A stretch of DNA of 64,000 bases from Candidatus Oxydemutator sp. (GCA_965203445.1 OZ241883.1:960001-1024000), one strand, 5' to 3'; counted from the first letter of the stretch, positions 1 through 10,248 are shown. Program-made: numbers and translations. The notes: generated by a model from the letters alone, not told the origin.

Positions 1-882
1 GGGGTTTCGCGCAGCACCCTGTATGCGTGGCGCAAGCGCCACCGCGAAGGCGGTCTCAGTGGGTTGCACGACGTCAGCAAGGCGCCCAAGAACAGGCGGG
101 TGCGGCGGTGGCCGGTGGCGGTGGTCCAAGAGATCAGACGCTTGCGTGAGCGCCACCCGAATTTAGGCAAGGAGAAGGTTCACGTGCTGCTGGTTGCGTG
201 GTGCGCCAAGCGCGGGGTGAGATGTCCCGGGGAGCGCACGATAGGCCGCCTGATAGCGGATGCCCCGGACAAGATGCGCAAGGTGGCGGTTCGCCTGGAC
301 AGTCGCGGTCGGCGCAAGGAGTTCAAGCGCCGACCGCGCCAGCGCTTGGGCAAAGACTTCCATGCCGGGCATGCAGGCCATTGCGTGGCGGTTGATACGA
401 TAGTGCGCTTCGTGAGAAACAGTCGCCGCCATATCTTCACGGCGACGGATCACAGCAGTCGCTTTGCGTTGGCGTTGGCCAGTCGCCGCGCCAGCAGTCG
501 CGACGCGGCGTGTTTCATGCGCCTGGTGTGCGAAGTGTTTCCGGGGCGCATCGAGAAAGTGCTGACGGACAACGGCAGCGAGTATCAGGGAGAGTTCGAC
601 GAATACCTGAAGCGTGCGGGTATAGAACACTGTTACACTTACCCGCGTTGTCCGAAGATGAACGCATTATGCGAGCGCTTCAACAGAACCGTGCAGGAGG
701 AGTTCGTGGACTACCGGGAAGACAGATTATTTGATGATCTGTATGCTTTCAACGATGCGTTGTTCAGGTATCTGGAACGCTACAACGGCGAGCGCCCGCA
801 CCGGAGCCTGGGGAATATCACCCCGTGCCAAGCCATCCAAAAACAACTACCTCATTTGTCCAGAATGTGGTGGCCTCATACA
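1..882 (+). mobile_element. IS481-family insertion sequence, 5' part outside window; right end ...TGGCCTCATACA at 882
   Basis: Frame 1 open from base 1 (GVSRSTLYAWRKR HTH, then rve integrase core); terminal ACA typical of IS481 ends. Confidence 0.8.
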
Positions 883-1047
883 GCGAATTTATCGCGAACT
901 ATATATAATGCTCGACACCATTTTGAGTTATTGGTGTGTGGCCGGGGGCGCTTGTTGTTGCGGTGTCGCGGGCGGCGGGACTATGCCGTGCGGTTGTATC
1001 CATCCGGCCAGGTAGCCGGCTATCAGCAGCGCGAAAGCGGCGATTGA
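1..1047 (+). CDS. IS481-family DDE transposase (5'-truncated by window; ORF reads through the IS end to a stop at 1047)
   Basis: Motifs VAVDT, LTDNGSEY, NALCERFNRTVQEEF, YNGERPHRSL. Confidence 0.88.
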   Translation, partial: GVSRSTLYAWRKRHREGGLSGLHDVSKAPKNRRVRRWPVAVVQEIRRLRERHPNLGKEKVHVLLVAWCAKRGVRCPGERTIGRLIADAPDKMRKVAVRLDSRGRRKEFKRRPRQRLGKDFHAGHAGHCVAVDTIVRFVRNSRRHIFTATDHSSRFALALASRRASSRDAACFMRLVCEVFPGRIEKVLTDNGSEYQGEFDEYLKRAGIEHCYTYPRCPKMNALCERFNRTVQEEFVDYREDRLFDDLYAFNDALFRYLERYNGERPHRSLGNITPCQAIQKQLPHLSRMWWPHTANLSRTIYNARHHFELLVCGRGRLLLRCRGRRDYAVRLYPSGQVAGYQQRESGD

Positions 1048-1185
1048 CGCCGCGATCCGCAGCTTCAGTGCCTTCAGCGTGCGCCCGGTTCGGCCCCTGT
1101 CCCTGAGCAGCGAAACCAGGGCCGAGGCGAGGCTTGCAATCATCACCAGAAACAGCGACCCGACGATAATTTTGAACCAGAGCAT
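928..1185 (-). CDS. Twin-TM small protein (DUF2909-like) of cox clusters
   Basis: MLWFKIIVGSLFLVMIASLASAL...LKLRIAASIAAFALLIAGYLAGWIQPHG; divergent from SURF1 as in canonical cox loci. Confidence 0.8.
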   Translation of the reverse strand: MLWFKIIVGSLFLVMIASLASALVSLLRDRGRTGRTLKALKLRIAASIAAFALLIAGYLAGWIQPHGIVPPPATPQQQAPPATHQ

Positions 1186-1263
1186 CCCGACAAGCATAGC
1201 ACGACGCCGGCAACGACCCCGTGGGCATGGGCCGGACGGCCTGCGGTACGACGTTTCCCGCCG

Positions 1264-1998
1264 ATGAAATTCTGGCGTCTCGAGTTTTCCGTTCTGGGGT
1301 TGCTGCTGACCGTGCTGCTGGCGAGTCTGTTCAGCGGCCTCGGCCGATGGCAGCTGGAGCGTATGCACGAGAAGCGCGTGATGGACCGCGAGCTGGCCGA
1401 GCGCACGCGGCTGCCGGCGGCGGACCTGCCGCGCGATTTCAGTGGTTCCGGCGGCCTCGAGGCGTGGCGCTATCGCGCGGTGCGCATCGAGGGCACGCCG
1501 CTTGCGGCGCGTCAGTTTCTGCTCGACAACGAGGTGCGCAACGGTCTCGTCGGCTTCTCGGTGCTGACGCCGTTCGCGCTGGACGACGGTCGCGTGGTGT
1601 TGGTCGACCGCGGCTGGGTTCCGATAGGCGCGTCGCGCAGCGAGTTGCCGCGGGTGCCGCTCGGCGGGCACCGTCGCCGCGTCGAGGGCCGCGTCTATGT
1701 TCCGTTCGGCGAGCCCTTCACGTTGGGCGACGACGACGCCCAAGCCGATGCCTGGCCGCGCGTTATCGCCCACCTCGATTTCGGCGCGATTGCGGGGCAC
1801 CTGGGTGCCGAAGTGTTGCCGCTCGTGATTCGGATGGACGCGGCCGCGGAAGACGGCTACCTGAGGAATTGGCCCAAGATTCCGATCTCGGCGGACAAGC
1901 ACCTTGCGTACGCGGTGCAGTGGTTCGCGCTGGCGCTGGCGGTCGTCGTCATTTTCACGTTGCTGAACTTCAACCGCAAAGCCGCCCGATGGTGGTGA
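1264..1998 (+). CDS. SURF1 family cytochrome oxidase assembly protein
   Basis: LGRWQLER, VLVDRGWVP, HLAYAVQWFALA motifs. Confidence 0.93.
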   Translation: MKFWRLEFSVLGLLLTVLLASLFSGLGRWQLERMHEKRVMDRELAERTRLPAADLPRDFSGSGGLEAWRYRAVRIEGTPLAARQFLLDNEVRNGLVGFSVLTPFALDDGRVVLVDRGWVPIGASRSELPRVPLGGHRRRVEGRVYVPFGEPFTLGDDDAQADAWPRVIAHLDFGAIAGHLGAEVLPLVIRMDAAAEDGYLRNWPKIPISADKHLAYAVQWFALALAVVVIFTLLNFNRKAARWW

Positions 1999-2588
1999 TG
2001 CCGCGGTCGCGCCTGAAGCTGCTGGGCTTGATGGCCGCGTTCGCCGGGCCCTTGCTGCTGGCGGTCGTCGTGTATTTCTACCCCGGCCATCTCGCGCCGC
2101 CGCCGTCGAGCCACGGTGAACTGATCGAGCCGGTCGTGGTGCTGGACGATCTGCGCGCGCGCGACCTGATCGGCGCGCGCGGTGCCGAACCCGCGCCGTC
2201 GGACAACCTTCTGCGCGGACGCTGGACTTTGCTGTTTTGGGACGGCGCCGCCTGCGACCTGCACTGCGAGGCCGGTCTGTTCAAGATGCGTCAGGCGCGG
2301 CTGGCGTTGGGCCGATACGCGGCGCGCGTGCGCACCGCCTATCTGCTGCCGCCGGATGCACCGCCCGCGATCTCGCCGCCGGAATTGTCCCAGCGCCACC
2401 CGAAACTCGTCATCGCGCGCGTGGATTCGGCCACGCGCGCGGCGGCCGCGCTGGCGCGATTGCCGCGCGGGCGCGTGTACATCGTGGATCCGCTCGGCAA
2501 TCTGATGTTGGGCTACGCGCAAGACGCGACGCCCCACGGCATAGTGCGCGATCTGAAAAAACTGCTGCGCGCGTCGCGGATCGGTTGA
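1998..2588 (+). CDS. Membrane-anchored SCO/thioredoxin-like cox assembly protein
   Basis: TGATG overlap with SURF1; N-terminal TM, CxxxC, YIVDPLGNLM, DLKKLLRASRIG. Confidence 0.8.
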   Translation: MPRSRLKLLGLMAAFAGPLLLAVVVYFYPGHLAPPPSSHGELIEPVVVLDDLRARDLIGARGAEPAPSDNLLRGRWTLLFWDGAACDLHCEAGLFKMRQARLALGRYAARVRTAYLLPPDAPPAISPPELSQRHPKLVIARVDSATRAAAALARLPRGRVYIVDPLGNLMLGYAQDATPHGIVRDLKKLLRASRIG

Positions 2589-2633
2589 TCGGGACGCCGC
2601 TCCGCGACCCGCCGGCCGGGCCTGTATAGGGCC

Positions 2634-3653
2634 TTGACTTACTTTCAGAAACTGGCCAGTTGCACGGCGGTTGTGACGCTCGCGGTCATCGTGCTCGGCG
2701 CCTATGTCCGCCTGACCGACGCCGGTCTCGGCTGTCCCGACTGGCCGGGCTGCTACGGCCAGTTGCTAGGCGTCCCCGAACAAATCCCCGAATGGGCGCA
2801 GTCGACGTATTCCGCGCGGCCCCTCGACGCCGGCAAGGCGTGGCGCGAGGTCGCGCACCGCTATCTCGCGGGTTTTCTCGGCCTGTTGATCTTCGCGTTG
2901 GCGGCGTTCGCCGTGGCGCGCCGCCGCGAACCCGGACAACGCCTGTGGTTGCCGCTGGCGCTGGCGTTGGTCGTCGTCGCCCAGGCGCTGCTCGGCATGT
3001 GGACGGTGACGCTGCTGTTGCAACCGCTGGTGGTCGTCGCGCATCTGCTCGGCGGTTTCACGGTGCTGGCGTTGCTGTGGTGGTTGTGTCTCGACCACTG
3101 GTTCGTGCCGCGCGCGCGACCGGCGAGGCCGTCTGCCCTGACCGTTGCGGTGTTGCTCGGGTCGGTGTTGCTCGTCGTGCAGATCGCGCTCGGCGGCTGG
3201 ACCAGCGCGAACTATGCGGCGCTGGCGTGCGCCGATTTTCCGCTGTGCAACGGACAATGGTGGCCCGCGACGCGCGCCGACTTTGCCGAGGGCTTCCGGC
3301 TGCCGCTGGCGTCCGGCGTGGATTACGAACACGGCACGCTCGCAAGTCCGGCGCGGGTGGCGGTGCATTTCGGTCACCGGCTGGGGGCGCTGGCGGTCAC
3401 CGTCTATCTGACGTGTCTGTTGGTGGCGGTGTTTGTGGCTGCCCCGGCCCCTAGCCGCGGCCTCGTCCGCGGCACTGCCGTGGGTGTGGCACTGCTGCTC
3501 GGTGCGCAGGTGGCGCTGGGGGTGTCGAACGTCGTCTATCAGTTGCCGTTGGCGGTCGCGGTCGCGCACAACGCGACCGCGGCATTGCTGTTTCTCGCGC
3601 TGCTGACGTTGGTGCGCGTGCTACAATCGCCGGGTACTCCCGGGAAACCGTAG
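2634..3653 (+). CDS. ctaA: Heme A synthase (COX15/CtaA)
   Basis: GAYVRLTDAGLGCPDWPGCYG, EVAHR, HR and HN His ligands. Confidence 0.93.
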   Translation: MTYFQKLASCTAVVTLAVIVLGAYVRLTDAGLGCPDWPGCYGQLLGVPEQIPEWAQSTYSARPLDAGKAWREVAHRYLAGFLGLLIFALAAFAVARRREPGQRLWLPLALALVVVAQALLGMWTVTLLLQPLVVVAHLLGGFTVLALLWWLCLDHWFVPRARPARPSALTVAVLLGSVLLVVQIALGGWTSANYAALACADFPLCNGQWWPATRADFAEGFRLPLASGVDYEHGTLASPARVAVHFGHRLGALAVTVYLTCLLVAVFVAAPAPSRGLVRGTAVGVALLLGAQVALGVSNVVYQLPLAVAVAHNATAALLFLALLTLVRVLQSPGTPGKP

Positions 3654-3710
3654 GCGCGGTCTTTTGGCGATGGGGCAAGGGCGCGTTCCGACGGTTTGGG
3701 CAAAGCTCCA

Positions 3711-4634
3711 ATGACACCGTCTTCCTCCAAAATCGGCATCGCCGCGACGTCGCGCCGGGCGTTGCCCGACGTGATCAAAGACTATCTGGAAGTGTGCAAG
3801 CCGAAAGTGGTCGCGGTCATGCTGTTCACGGTGCTGGTCGGCATGTTGCTGGCGGCACCGCTGACGTTGTCGCCGGCGACGTTGCTGGCGACGCTGGCCG
3901 GTGTCGCGCTGGTCGCGGGTTCGGCCGCGGCGATCAACCAGGTCGCCGATCATCGGATTGACGCGGTGATGCGGCGCACGCGCGGGCGCCCGCTGCCCGC
4001 CGGCAACCTGTCGCCGCGCCGGGTCCTGGCGTTCGCGGCGATTATCGGCGTTGCCGGCACCGTGATTCTGGCTTTGTGGGTCAACTTGCTGACCGCGCTG
4101 CTGACGGTTTTGTCGCTGGTCGGATACGCCTTCGTCTATACCCGTTTTCTGAAGTATGCGACGCCGCAGAACATCGTCATCGGCGGCGCCGCCGGGGCGA
4201 CGCCGCCGCTGCTTGGCTGGACCGCGGTTACCGGGCAGGTGGACTTCCCGGCGTTGTTGCTGTTCCTGATTATCTTTGCATGGACGCCGCCGCACTTCTG
4301 GGCGCTTGCGCTCTATCGCAAGGACGACTACGCCGCCGCCGCGGTGCCGATGCTGCCGGTGACCCACGGCGAGGACTACACCCGGCTGCACGTTTTGTTG
4401 TACACGCTGCTGCTGGCGCTGATCACGATGCTGCCGTTCGCAACCGGCATGTCCGGCGCGATCTATTTGTTCGCGGCGCTGCTGCTGAACGCGGTTTTTC
4501 TCTACTATGCCGTGTCGCTGAAAATTACGCGCCGCCGCGACAAGGCAATCGAGACTTTCGTGTTTTCGATTATCTACCTGCTGTTGCTGTTCGCGGCGTT
4601 GCTGGTCGACCGTTATCTGTCGTTTGTCACCTGA
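3711..4634 (+). CDS. cyoE: Protoheme IX farnesyltransferase (heme O synthase)
   Basis: DAVMRRTRGRPLP, TPQNIVIGG, WTPPHFWALA. Confidence 0.95.
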   Translation: MTPSSSKIGIAATSRRALPDVIKDYLEVCKPKVVAVMLFTVLVGMLLAAPLTLSPATLLATLAGVALVAGSAAAINQVADHRIDAVMRRTRGRPLPAGNLSPRRVLAFAAIIGVAGTVILALWVNLLTALLTVLSLVGYAFVYTRFLKYATPQNIVIGGAAGATPPLLGWTAVTGQVDFPALLLFLIIFAWTPPHFWALALYRKDDYAAAAVPMLPVTHGEDYTRLHVLLYTLLLALITMLPFATGMSGAIYLFAALLLNAVFLYYAVSLKITRRRDKAIETFVFSIIYLLLLFAALLVDRYLSFVT

Positions 4635-4638
4635 TTCG

Positions 4639-4983
4639 ATGACGGTTTTACACTACGCTGCCCTGATTTTTTGCGTTCTCGGCATTGCCGGTGCCCAGGT
4701 GTTTCTAAAGTTGTGCGGTTTGCAGGTAAAAGAGAACGGGCTGCTATCGTTGCTGTTTTTTGGGCCCTTCTACATTTCCGCGACGATGTACGTGTTCCTG
4801 ACGTTCTTGTGGATATGGGCGCTACAGGACGTTCCGCTGTCGCGTGCGTATCCACTGATGGCGATTACGTTTATCGCGGTGCCCATCCTCTCCAAGGTTT
4901 TTTTCGGGGACTCGTTGTCTCTGGCATATTGGGCGGGGACCTCGCTGATCGTGGCCGGCATGCTTCTGGCAGTGCGGGCGTGA
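4639..4983 (+). CDS. Small EamA/ArnE-F-like 4-TM membrane protein (possible lipid-linked sugar flippase subunit)
   Basis: Four hydrophobic helices; VPLSRAYPLMA motif of the SMR/EamA ArnE/F group. Confidence 0.7.
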   Translation: MTVLHYAALIFCVLGIAGAQVFLKLCGLQVKENGLLSLLFFGPFYISATMYVFLTFLWIWALQDVPLSRAYPLMAITFIAVPILSKVFFGDSLSLAYWAGTSLIVAGMLLAVRA

Positions 4984-5002
4984 CCGGCGCGCGCCGGGCG
5001 CG

Positions 5003-5863
5003 TTATGGCGCAGCGACGGTCTCGCGCAGTTGGGCGATGGCCTGGCTTTCGATCTGGCGGATGCGCTCCGGCGATACCTTGTAGCGTTTCGCCAGTTGGC
5101 GCAGCGTTGTTTTGTCGTCCGACAGCCGCCGCGCCTTGAGGATTTCGAGACTGCGCGGGTCGAGCCGCTTCATCGCCTCGAACAATTTTTCGCGCTGGTA
5201 ATCGCTCCACTGTTCCTGCTCCAGCGCGTGCGCCGGGTCCGCGGCCGGTTCGCTTTGCAGGTAGTTGGCGGGGGCGACGCGGTTCTCGTCGTCGTCGCCG
5301 TGGGGGTCGAAACTGATCTCGCGCCCGCTCAGACGGCTTTCCATTTCGAGCACTTCCTCGGGTTTGACGCCCAGGTCTTTCGCCACTTGCTCGACCTCGT
5401 CGCGGTTCATCCAGCCGAGGCGCTTTTTCTCGCCGCGAAGATTGAAGAACAGCTTGCGCTGCGCCTTCGTCGTCGCGATCTTGACGATGCGCCAGTTGCG
5501 GATGATGAACTCGTGTATCTCGGCCCGTATCCAGTGCACCGCGAACGATACCAGGCGCACGCCGATGGCCGGATCGAATTTCTTGATCGCCTTGAGCAGG
5601 CCGATGTTGCCTTCCTGGATCAGGTCGGCCAGCGTCAGGCCGTAGCCCAGATAACCGCGCGCCACCTGCACGACGAAACGCAGGTTGTGCAGCGCCAGTT
5701 TGCGCGCCGCCTCGACGTCGTCGTCCTCGTGGTAGCACAGCGCCAGCCGCCGTTCCTCCTCGGCCGCCAGCACCGGCACGCTGTAGGCGGCCGCGATGTA
5801 GGCGTCGAGACTGCCTACCGGCGCCAATGCGGTGGGGTTTCTCTCTATCAGATTTTTAGCCAT
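5003..5863 (-). CDS. rpoH: RNA polymerase sigma-32 factor
   Basis: DLIQEGNIGL, RpoH box QRKLFFNLR, ERIRQIE. Confidence 0.97.
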   Translation of the reverse strand: MAKNLIERNPTALAPVGSLDAYIAAAYSVPVLAAEEERRLALCYHEDDDVEAARKLALHNLRFVVQVARGYLGYGLTLADLIQEGNIGLLKAIKKFDPAIGVRLVSFAVHWIRAEIHEFIIRNWRIVKIATTKAQRKLFFNLRGEKKRLGWMNRDEVEQVAKDLGVKPEEVLEMESRLSGREISFDPHGDDDENRVAPANYLQSEPAADPAHALEQEQWSDYQREKLFEAMKRLDPRSLEILKARRLSDDKTTLRQLAKRYKVSPERIRQIESQAIAQLRETVAAP

Positions 5864-6022
5864 CGGTATCGTTATGGTACCATAATCCGTTCAATAACGG
5901 CGCGGGAGCACGTGCGGTCTCGACCGTCGACACTTTCCGTAACAGTGTTTGCGAGTGTCCCGTGATGCGTACTGATAGCCTGATGACCATGTCGGTTCTC
6001 CCGTCGTAAGACGCCGCAAAAT

Positions 6023-7540
6023 ATGACGACTCCTGCAAAGACTGAAAAGGCAAAACTTTCCGCCAGGAGCGTTCTTTGCGTCGGCGCCGGTCCCGCCGGC
6101 CTGACCGCCGCTTACCTGCTAAGTAAAAAGAAAATCCCGGTGACGGTTACCGAAGCCGATCCGATGTATCTTGGCGGTATTTCCAAAACGGTTTCTTACA
6201 AAGGTTTCTGCTGTGACATCGGCGGCCACCGCTTTTACACAAAATCCGCGGAAGTGAGAGAGCTCTGGGACGAGTTTCTGGGAGAGGACTTTCTGCGTCG
6301 TCCGCGCAAATCGCGCATCCACTACCGGGGAAAATTGTTCGACTATCCGTTGCGGATCGGCAACATATTGCGCAATCTCAGCCTGATTCAGCTCACTTGG
6401 TGCATGCTTTCCTATTTGAAGGTATCGCTGTTCCCGATCAAAAATCCCCGAAATTTTGAGGAATTCGTCACCAACTACTTTGGCCGCCGCATATTCCAGA
6501 TCTTCTTCAAGACGTACACCGAGAAGGTATGGGGAATGAAGTGCTCGGAAATCTCGGCCGATTGGGCGGCCCAACGCATCAAGGGTCTGACGCTGGGATC
6601 GGCGATCAGGAGCATGCTGTCCTTCGGCGGCAAAAGCCGTCCGGTAATCAAGACCCTGATTGATTCTTTCCACTATCCGCGCAAAGGCCCCGGGATGATG
6701 TGGCAGAGCGTCGGTCGCAAAATCGAAGGCTGGGGCGGCAGCATCGAGATGGGTTGCCGCGCCGTGCGCCTGCGTCGTCTCGACGGCGGCGGCTGGGAGG
6801 TCGTCTCGCGCACGGGGCAGGAAGTCGAGACGCGCCACGAGGCGGACATCATCGTATCCTCCGTTTCCCTGCGTGAATTGGTCAGCTGCCTCGAACCGGC
6901 CCCGCCGCCCGAAGTCGTGGCCGCCGCCGATGGGTTGCGCTACCGCGACCACCTGACGGTCGGCCTGATCGTCAAGGATCGGAATGTATTCGACGACCAG
7001 TGGATCTACATCCACGACCCGGATGTAAAAGTCGGTCGCATTCAGAATTTCAAGTCATGGTCGCCCGAAATGGTTCCGACTCCGGACAAAAGCTGCTACG
7101 GCATGGAATACTTTTGTTTCGAGGGCGACGGTTTGTGGGCCGGCGAAGACGCTGATCTGGTGAAGCGCGCGACGAGGGAGCTCGTCCAGCTTGGGCTGGC
7201 GCGTTTGGACGACGTGACCGACGGTTTTGTCGTGCGCCAGGAGAAGGCGTATCCGATCTATGACGACGGCTACGTCGAAAAGGTCAAGACCATTCGTCGT
7301 TTTCTGGAGTCTGAATGTCCGCGTTTGTACCCCGTAGGTCGTAACGGTCTGCACAATTACAACAGCCAGGATCACTCGATGATGACCGCGATGCTCACCG
7401 TCGAAAACATCGTCTGCGGCGAAGTGCGTTATGACGTCTGGAAAGTCAACCAGGACGCCGAATACGCCGAAGAGTATCGTGAATCGGACGACGGCGGCCG
7501 GCTGATACCGCGAGGCGTGGGGGGTAAGGCAGCAGGCTAA
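6023..7540 (+). CDS. FAD-dependent oxidoreductase (UDP-galactopyranose mutase/amine oxidase-like group of surface-glycan loci)
   Basis: GAGPAG Rossmann motif, DIGGHRF, GRNGLHNYNSQDHSM. Confidence 0.8.
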   Translation: MTTPAKTEKAKLSARSVLCVGAGPAGLTAAYLLSKKKIPVTVTEADPMYLGGISKTVSYKGFCCDIGGHRFYTKSAEVRELWDEFLGEDFLRRPRKSRIHYRGKLFDYPLRIGNILRNLSLIQLTWCMLSYLKVSLFPIKNPRNFEEFVTNYFGRRIFQIFFKTYTEKVWGMKCSEISADWAAQRIKGLTLGSAIRSMLSFGGKSRPVIKTLIDSFHYPRKGPGMMWQSVGRKIEGWGGSIEMGCRAVRLRRLDGGGWEVVSRTGQEVETRHEADIIVSSVSLRELVSCLEPAPPPEVVAAADGLRYRDHLTVGLIVKDRNVFDDQWIYIHDPDVKVGRIQNFKSWSPEMVPTPDKSCYGMEYFCFEGDGLWAGEDADLVKRATRELVQLGLARLDDVTDGFVVRQEKAYPIYDDGYVEKVKTIRRFLESECPRLYPVGRNGLHNYNSQDHSMMTAMLTVENIVCGEVRYDVWKVNQDAEYAEEYRESDDGGRLIPRGVGGKAAG

Positions 7541-9225
7541 CTGCGAGACTGCCCTGCGTTCGCAGACGTCTCGTAAAGATACAGGTGATACTCGGAATCG
7601 GATATGATGGCGTCTCCCCGGAAGGACGCGAGCGCTCGAATCGTGCGCCCTGCGACGGGTTTTGTTGACAGAGGGCGATTTAATATCATCAGCACCCTGC
7701 CGCCGGCGCGAGTGGCAAGCGCTTGTGTTTGCGCCAGCAGGGTCGCATCGTCAATCTTGAGTCGCTCGGTGTCCCAGCGCACGAAAGAACCCTCCCGGTT
7801 CCCCTTGGCATAGTGGATTTTTCGTTTTCGTTGCAGGTGCCCGACCACGGTGCTGGCGATATAGTCTCGTTCGCCGATCATCGGAAGGGAGTCCAGGCCT
7901 TCGGCTTCGATGTATGCGGCCGTTTGTTTACCAAAAGAAAAGGGACGCTCGACGTCGTCGGCGACGGCTTTCAATCCGCTGAACGCGTGGACTGCCAGGA
8001 AGACCGTCAGCAGAGTCCCGATGACGGGGCTTGCGGCAGGCGGCGATGTATTCCCCTCTTCCCGTTCCTGGTTGCGAAACCGAAAAGTGAAATATCTTCC
8101 ACTCCAGACCAGCAGCAGGATGGCAATCAGGAGAAAGCCGTAATGGCGCACAAAGTGCAGGGACACCATGTAGGAAAAGGTCAACAACCCCGTTATGCAG
8201 CAAAGATATATAGCCAAGGCAGCGGGTTTTTTCCAATAGCAGGCGATGGGTGTGGCCAGCGCACCGGCGACTGCCATTGGCAGTATGATTTTCAACGGAG
8301 TGGCCAAGCCCGGCGAGAAATCTGGGCCCGCCAGGTCCAGCCCCATGGTCTCGGTAAAATAGGACCTTGCCAATTGAGTTTGTGCGGAGTCCAAGCCCAG
8401 TCCCGCGCTGAACGCGCCCAGCGCATTCATCGCAATCTCCCAGCCCCGCCAATGATCTAATGCCAGGAACCAACCGCCGCGCGGTGCGTCAGCCGCCGGG
8501 TTCATCTGCAACATGGAGAGCAGAATCCCGGCGGCGGCGAGGGCAAATCCGGCATAGTTCCTTCGCAGGTTCACGGTTCTGTCCTCCGCCAGGGTTTGGC
8601 GGTTGAGAAAATACTCCAGCGCCAAGCCCGCCATGACACTGATGGCGACGATGCAGGCGAGAACATGGGTATAACTCATCAGGAACAACGCCAACGCCAG
8701 CCGCAGCGGCTTCTGGTGGCGCTGCTTCAGCAGTACGCACGTCACGACGACGAGCAGCAGGGCGAGCGCATAATGGCGCGAAATCAGCCCGTATTCGTAC
8801 AGAGGGAAATAACCGAAGACGAGCAGTATCTTGTGCAACGGCTTGAACGGCGCGTACTTTGCAATGACAAAAACGGTGGTGGAGGCGATTGCCAGATGGA
8901 GAATCTGCATTGCGAACGGCGAGGAAGTCAGCCGCGTTATCGGCATCAGCAGCAGATGCCACAACGGCGGATGGCCCTCATATTTCATGTTGCGCAACAA
9001 ATCCAGCACTCCCGCGCTGTCGCGCGCGAGCAGCCAGGGCTGGATTTCGTCGCGCCACATCTCATGGTGCAACATGGCGTAGAACAGGACCAGGGCATAG
9101 ACTGCGGTCAGCGCCGGGGCGAACCAGGAGGCGTCGCCGATGGACGAGACGGGGTAACCAGGTCGATGCTTCTCTTGCAAAGAGCCTGCGGTGTCTGATA
9201 AGGGCTTATGGTTCTGATCGTCCAT
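7537..9225 (-). CDS. Polytopic membrane protein, probable GT-C fold glycosyltransferase
   Basis: HEMWRDE acidic first loop, YEGHPPLWH, about 12 hydrophobic segments, C-terminal periplasmic domain. Confidence 0.65.
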   Translation of the reverse strand: MDDQNHKPLSDTAGSLQEKHRPGYPVSSIGDASWFAPALTAVYALVLFYAMLHHEMWRDEIQPWLLARDSAGVLDLLRNMKYEGHPPLWHLLLMPITRLTSSPFAMQILHLAIASTTVFVIAKYAPFKPLHKILLVFGYFPLYEYGLISRHYALALLLVVVTCVLLKQRHQKPLRLALALFLMSYTHVLACIVAISVMAGLALEYFLNRQTLAEDRTVNLRRNYAGFALAAAGILLSMLQMNPAADAPRGGWFLALDHWRGWEIAMNALGAFSAGLGLDSAQTQLARSYFTETMGLDLAGPDFSPGLATPLKIILPMAVAGALATPIACYWKKPAALAIYLCCITGLLTFSYMVSLHFVRHYGFLLIAILLLVWSGRYFTFRFRNQEREEGNTSPPAASPVIGTLLTVFLAVHAFSGLKAVADDVERPFSFGKQTAAYIEAEGLDSLPMIGERDYIASTVVGHLQRKRKIHYAKGNREGSFVRWDTERLKIDDATLLAQTQALATRAGGRVLMILNRPLSTKPVAGRTIRALASFRGDAIISDSEYHLYLYETSANAGQSRS

Positions 9226-9294
9226 GGTTCCGCTATTGATTTGTTCCTCGGTAAATTTTTGTGTTTTGCCTTGACGGGCTTGCGTGAGTTCCGC

Positions 9295-10191
9295 TCATAG
9301 ACTCGAGTGTGCTTCGGGGCGATCTGCTCCGGCCCCCCTTCGGGTGCCTTCCATCCAGTCGAGATTGCGCCCGACAACCAATTCGGTCATTTTCGCGTGG
9401 TGGGTGTTTCTCATCGGAATCGGCTTTGCCGCCAACCCGTGCCGGGACGCCATATCTTTCACTTCGTCGGCGTTGTCGTACGTCATGATGAAATCGCCCT
9501 TCAATTTGCAGCAGTGGTCAAAAAGCAATTCGTGATCCAGATCGCAGTATTTGTACAGCCGCTTGCCGGCTTTTTTGCCGCCCGCGGTGTAGGGAGGGTC
9601 AATGAAAAAGACGGCGTCGGTCTTCCGGTATTTTTTCAGCACCTCGAAAGCGTCCGTGTTCCGGAATTGCAGGCGTTCGCGTATATGGCCAATATCGCGC
9701 AATCTTCGGGCCAGCGTGGTCGGATACCAGCGCGACGATATTCCCTTCCCCGCTTCTCCGTTTTTCAGGAGGCCGGAACCCGCCGCCAGTATCCCTCCGT
9801 GGAACGTCCTGTTTTTGATGATGGTTCTGAACGCGCGCTCTTTGTTTGTTTGCGTTTTTTTATGCAATTCCCTGAGTGCATTTTCCCTGGTCATGACAAA
9901 GTTCGCAATGCGTTTTGCAAGCCACTCGGAGTCCCCGCCGACAACGGATTTCCAGACGGCGGCGATGTCTTCGTCCAACTCGACCATCAGGGCGGCTTCG
10001 ACGAGATTCTCGAAAACGGCGGTCAGCGACACAATCCCGCCGCCGGCAAACGGTTCCACGAGCAGCCGGGGCTTGTCCGGTTGACTGCGGATCCACCGAC
10101 GCAATTCGGGCACGAACCAAGTCTTTCCGCCAGGGTACCGAAAGGGGCTGCGCTGCGGCACCGAGGCGACGTTCACGGTTTTCTGCGACAA
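9295..10191 (-). CDS. Dam-like (D12 class) N6-adenine DNA methyltransferase, orphan; start uncertain (TTG 10191)
   Basis: SPFRYPGGK, EPFAGGG, FFIDPPY. Confidence 0.88.
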   Translation of the reverse strand: MSQKTVNVASVPQRSPFRYPGGKTWFVPELRRWIRSQPDKPRLLVEPFAGGGIVSLTAVFENLVEAALMVELDEDIAAVWKSVVGGDSEWLAKRIANFVMTRENALRELHKKTQTNKERAFRTIIKNRTFHGGILAAGSGLLKNGEAGKGISSRWYPTTLARRLRDIGHIRERLQFRNTDAFEVLKKYRKTDAVFFIDPPYTAGGKKAGKRLYKYCDLDHELLFDHCCKLKGDFIMTYDNADEVKDMASRHGLAAKPIPMRNTHHAKMTELVVGRNLDWMEGTRRGAGADRPEAHSSL

Positions 10192-10214
10192 GGGGATTAG
10201 ACAGGGGATTAGAC
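10191..10214. repeat. 12-bp tandem duplication AGGGGATTAGAC x2
   Basis: 10191-10202 and 10203-10214 identical. Confidence 0.9.
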
Positions 10215-10248
10215 GCTGTGGAACGGCGGCTGAGGCAGTGGGATATTT

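Noticed and set aside
899-912. CTATATATAATGC as another TIR of the tnpB elements
   Set aside because: Lacks the terminal TTCCC and has no partner end
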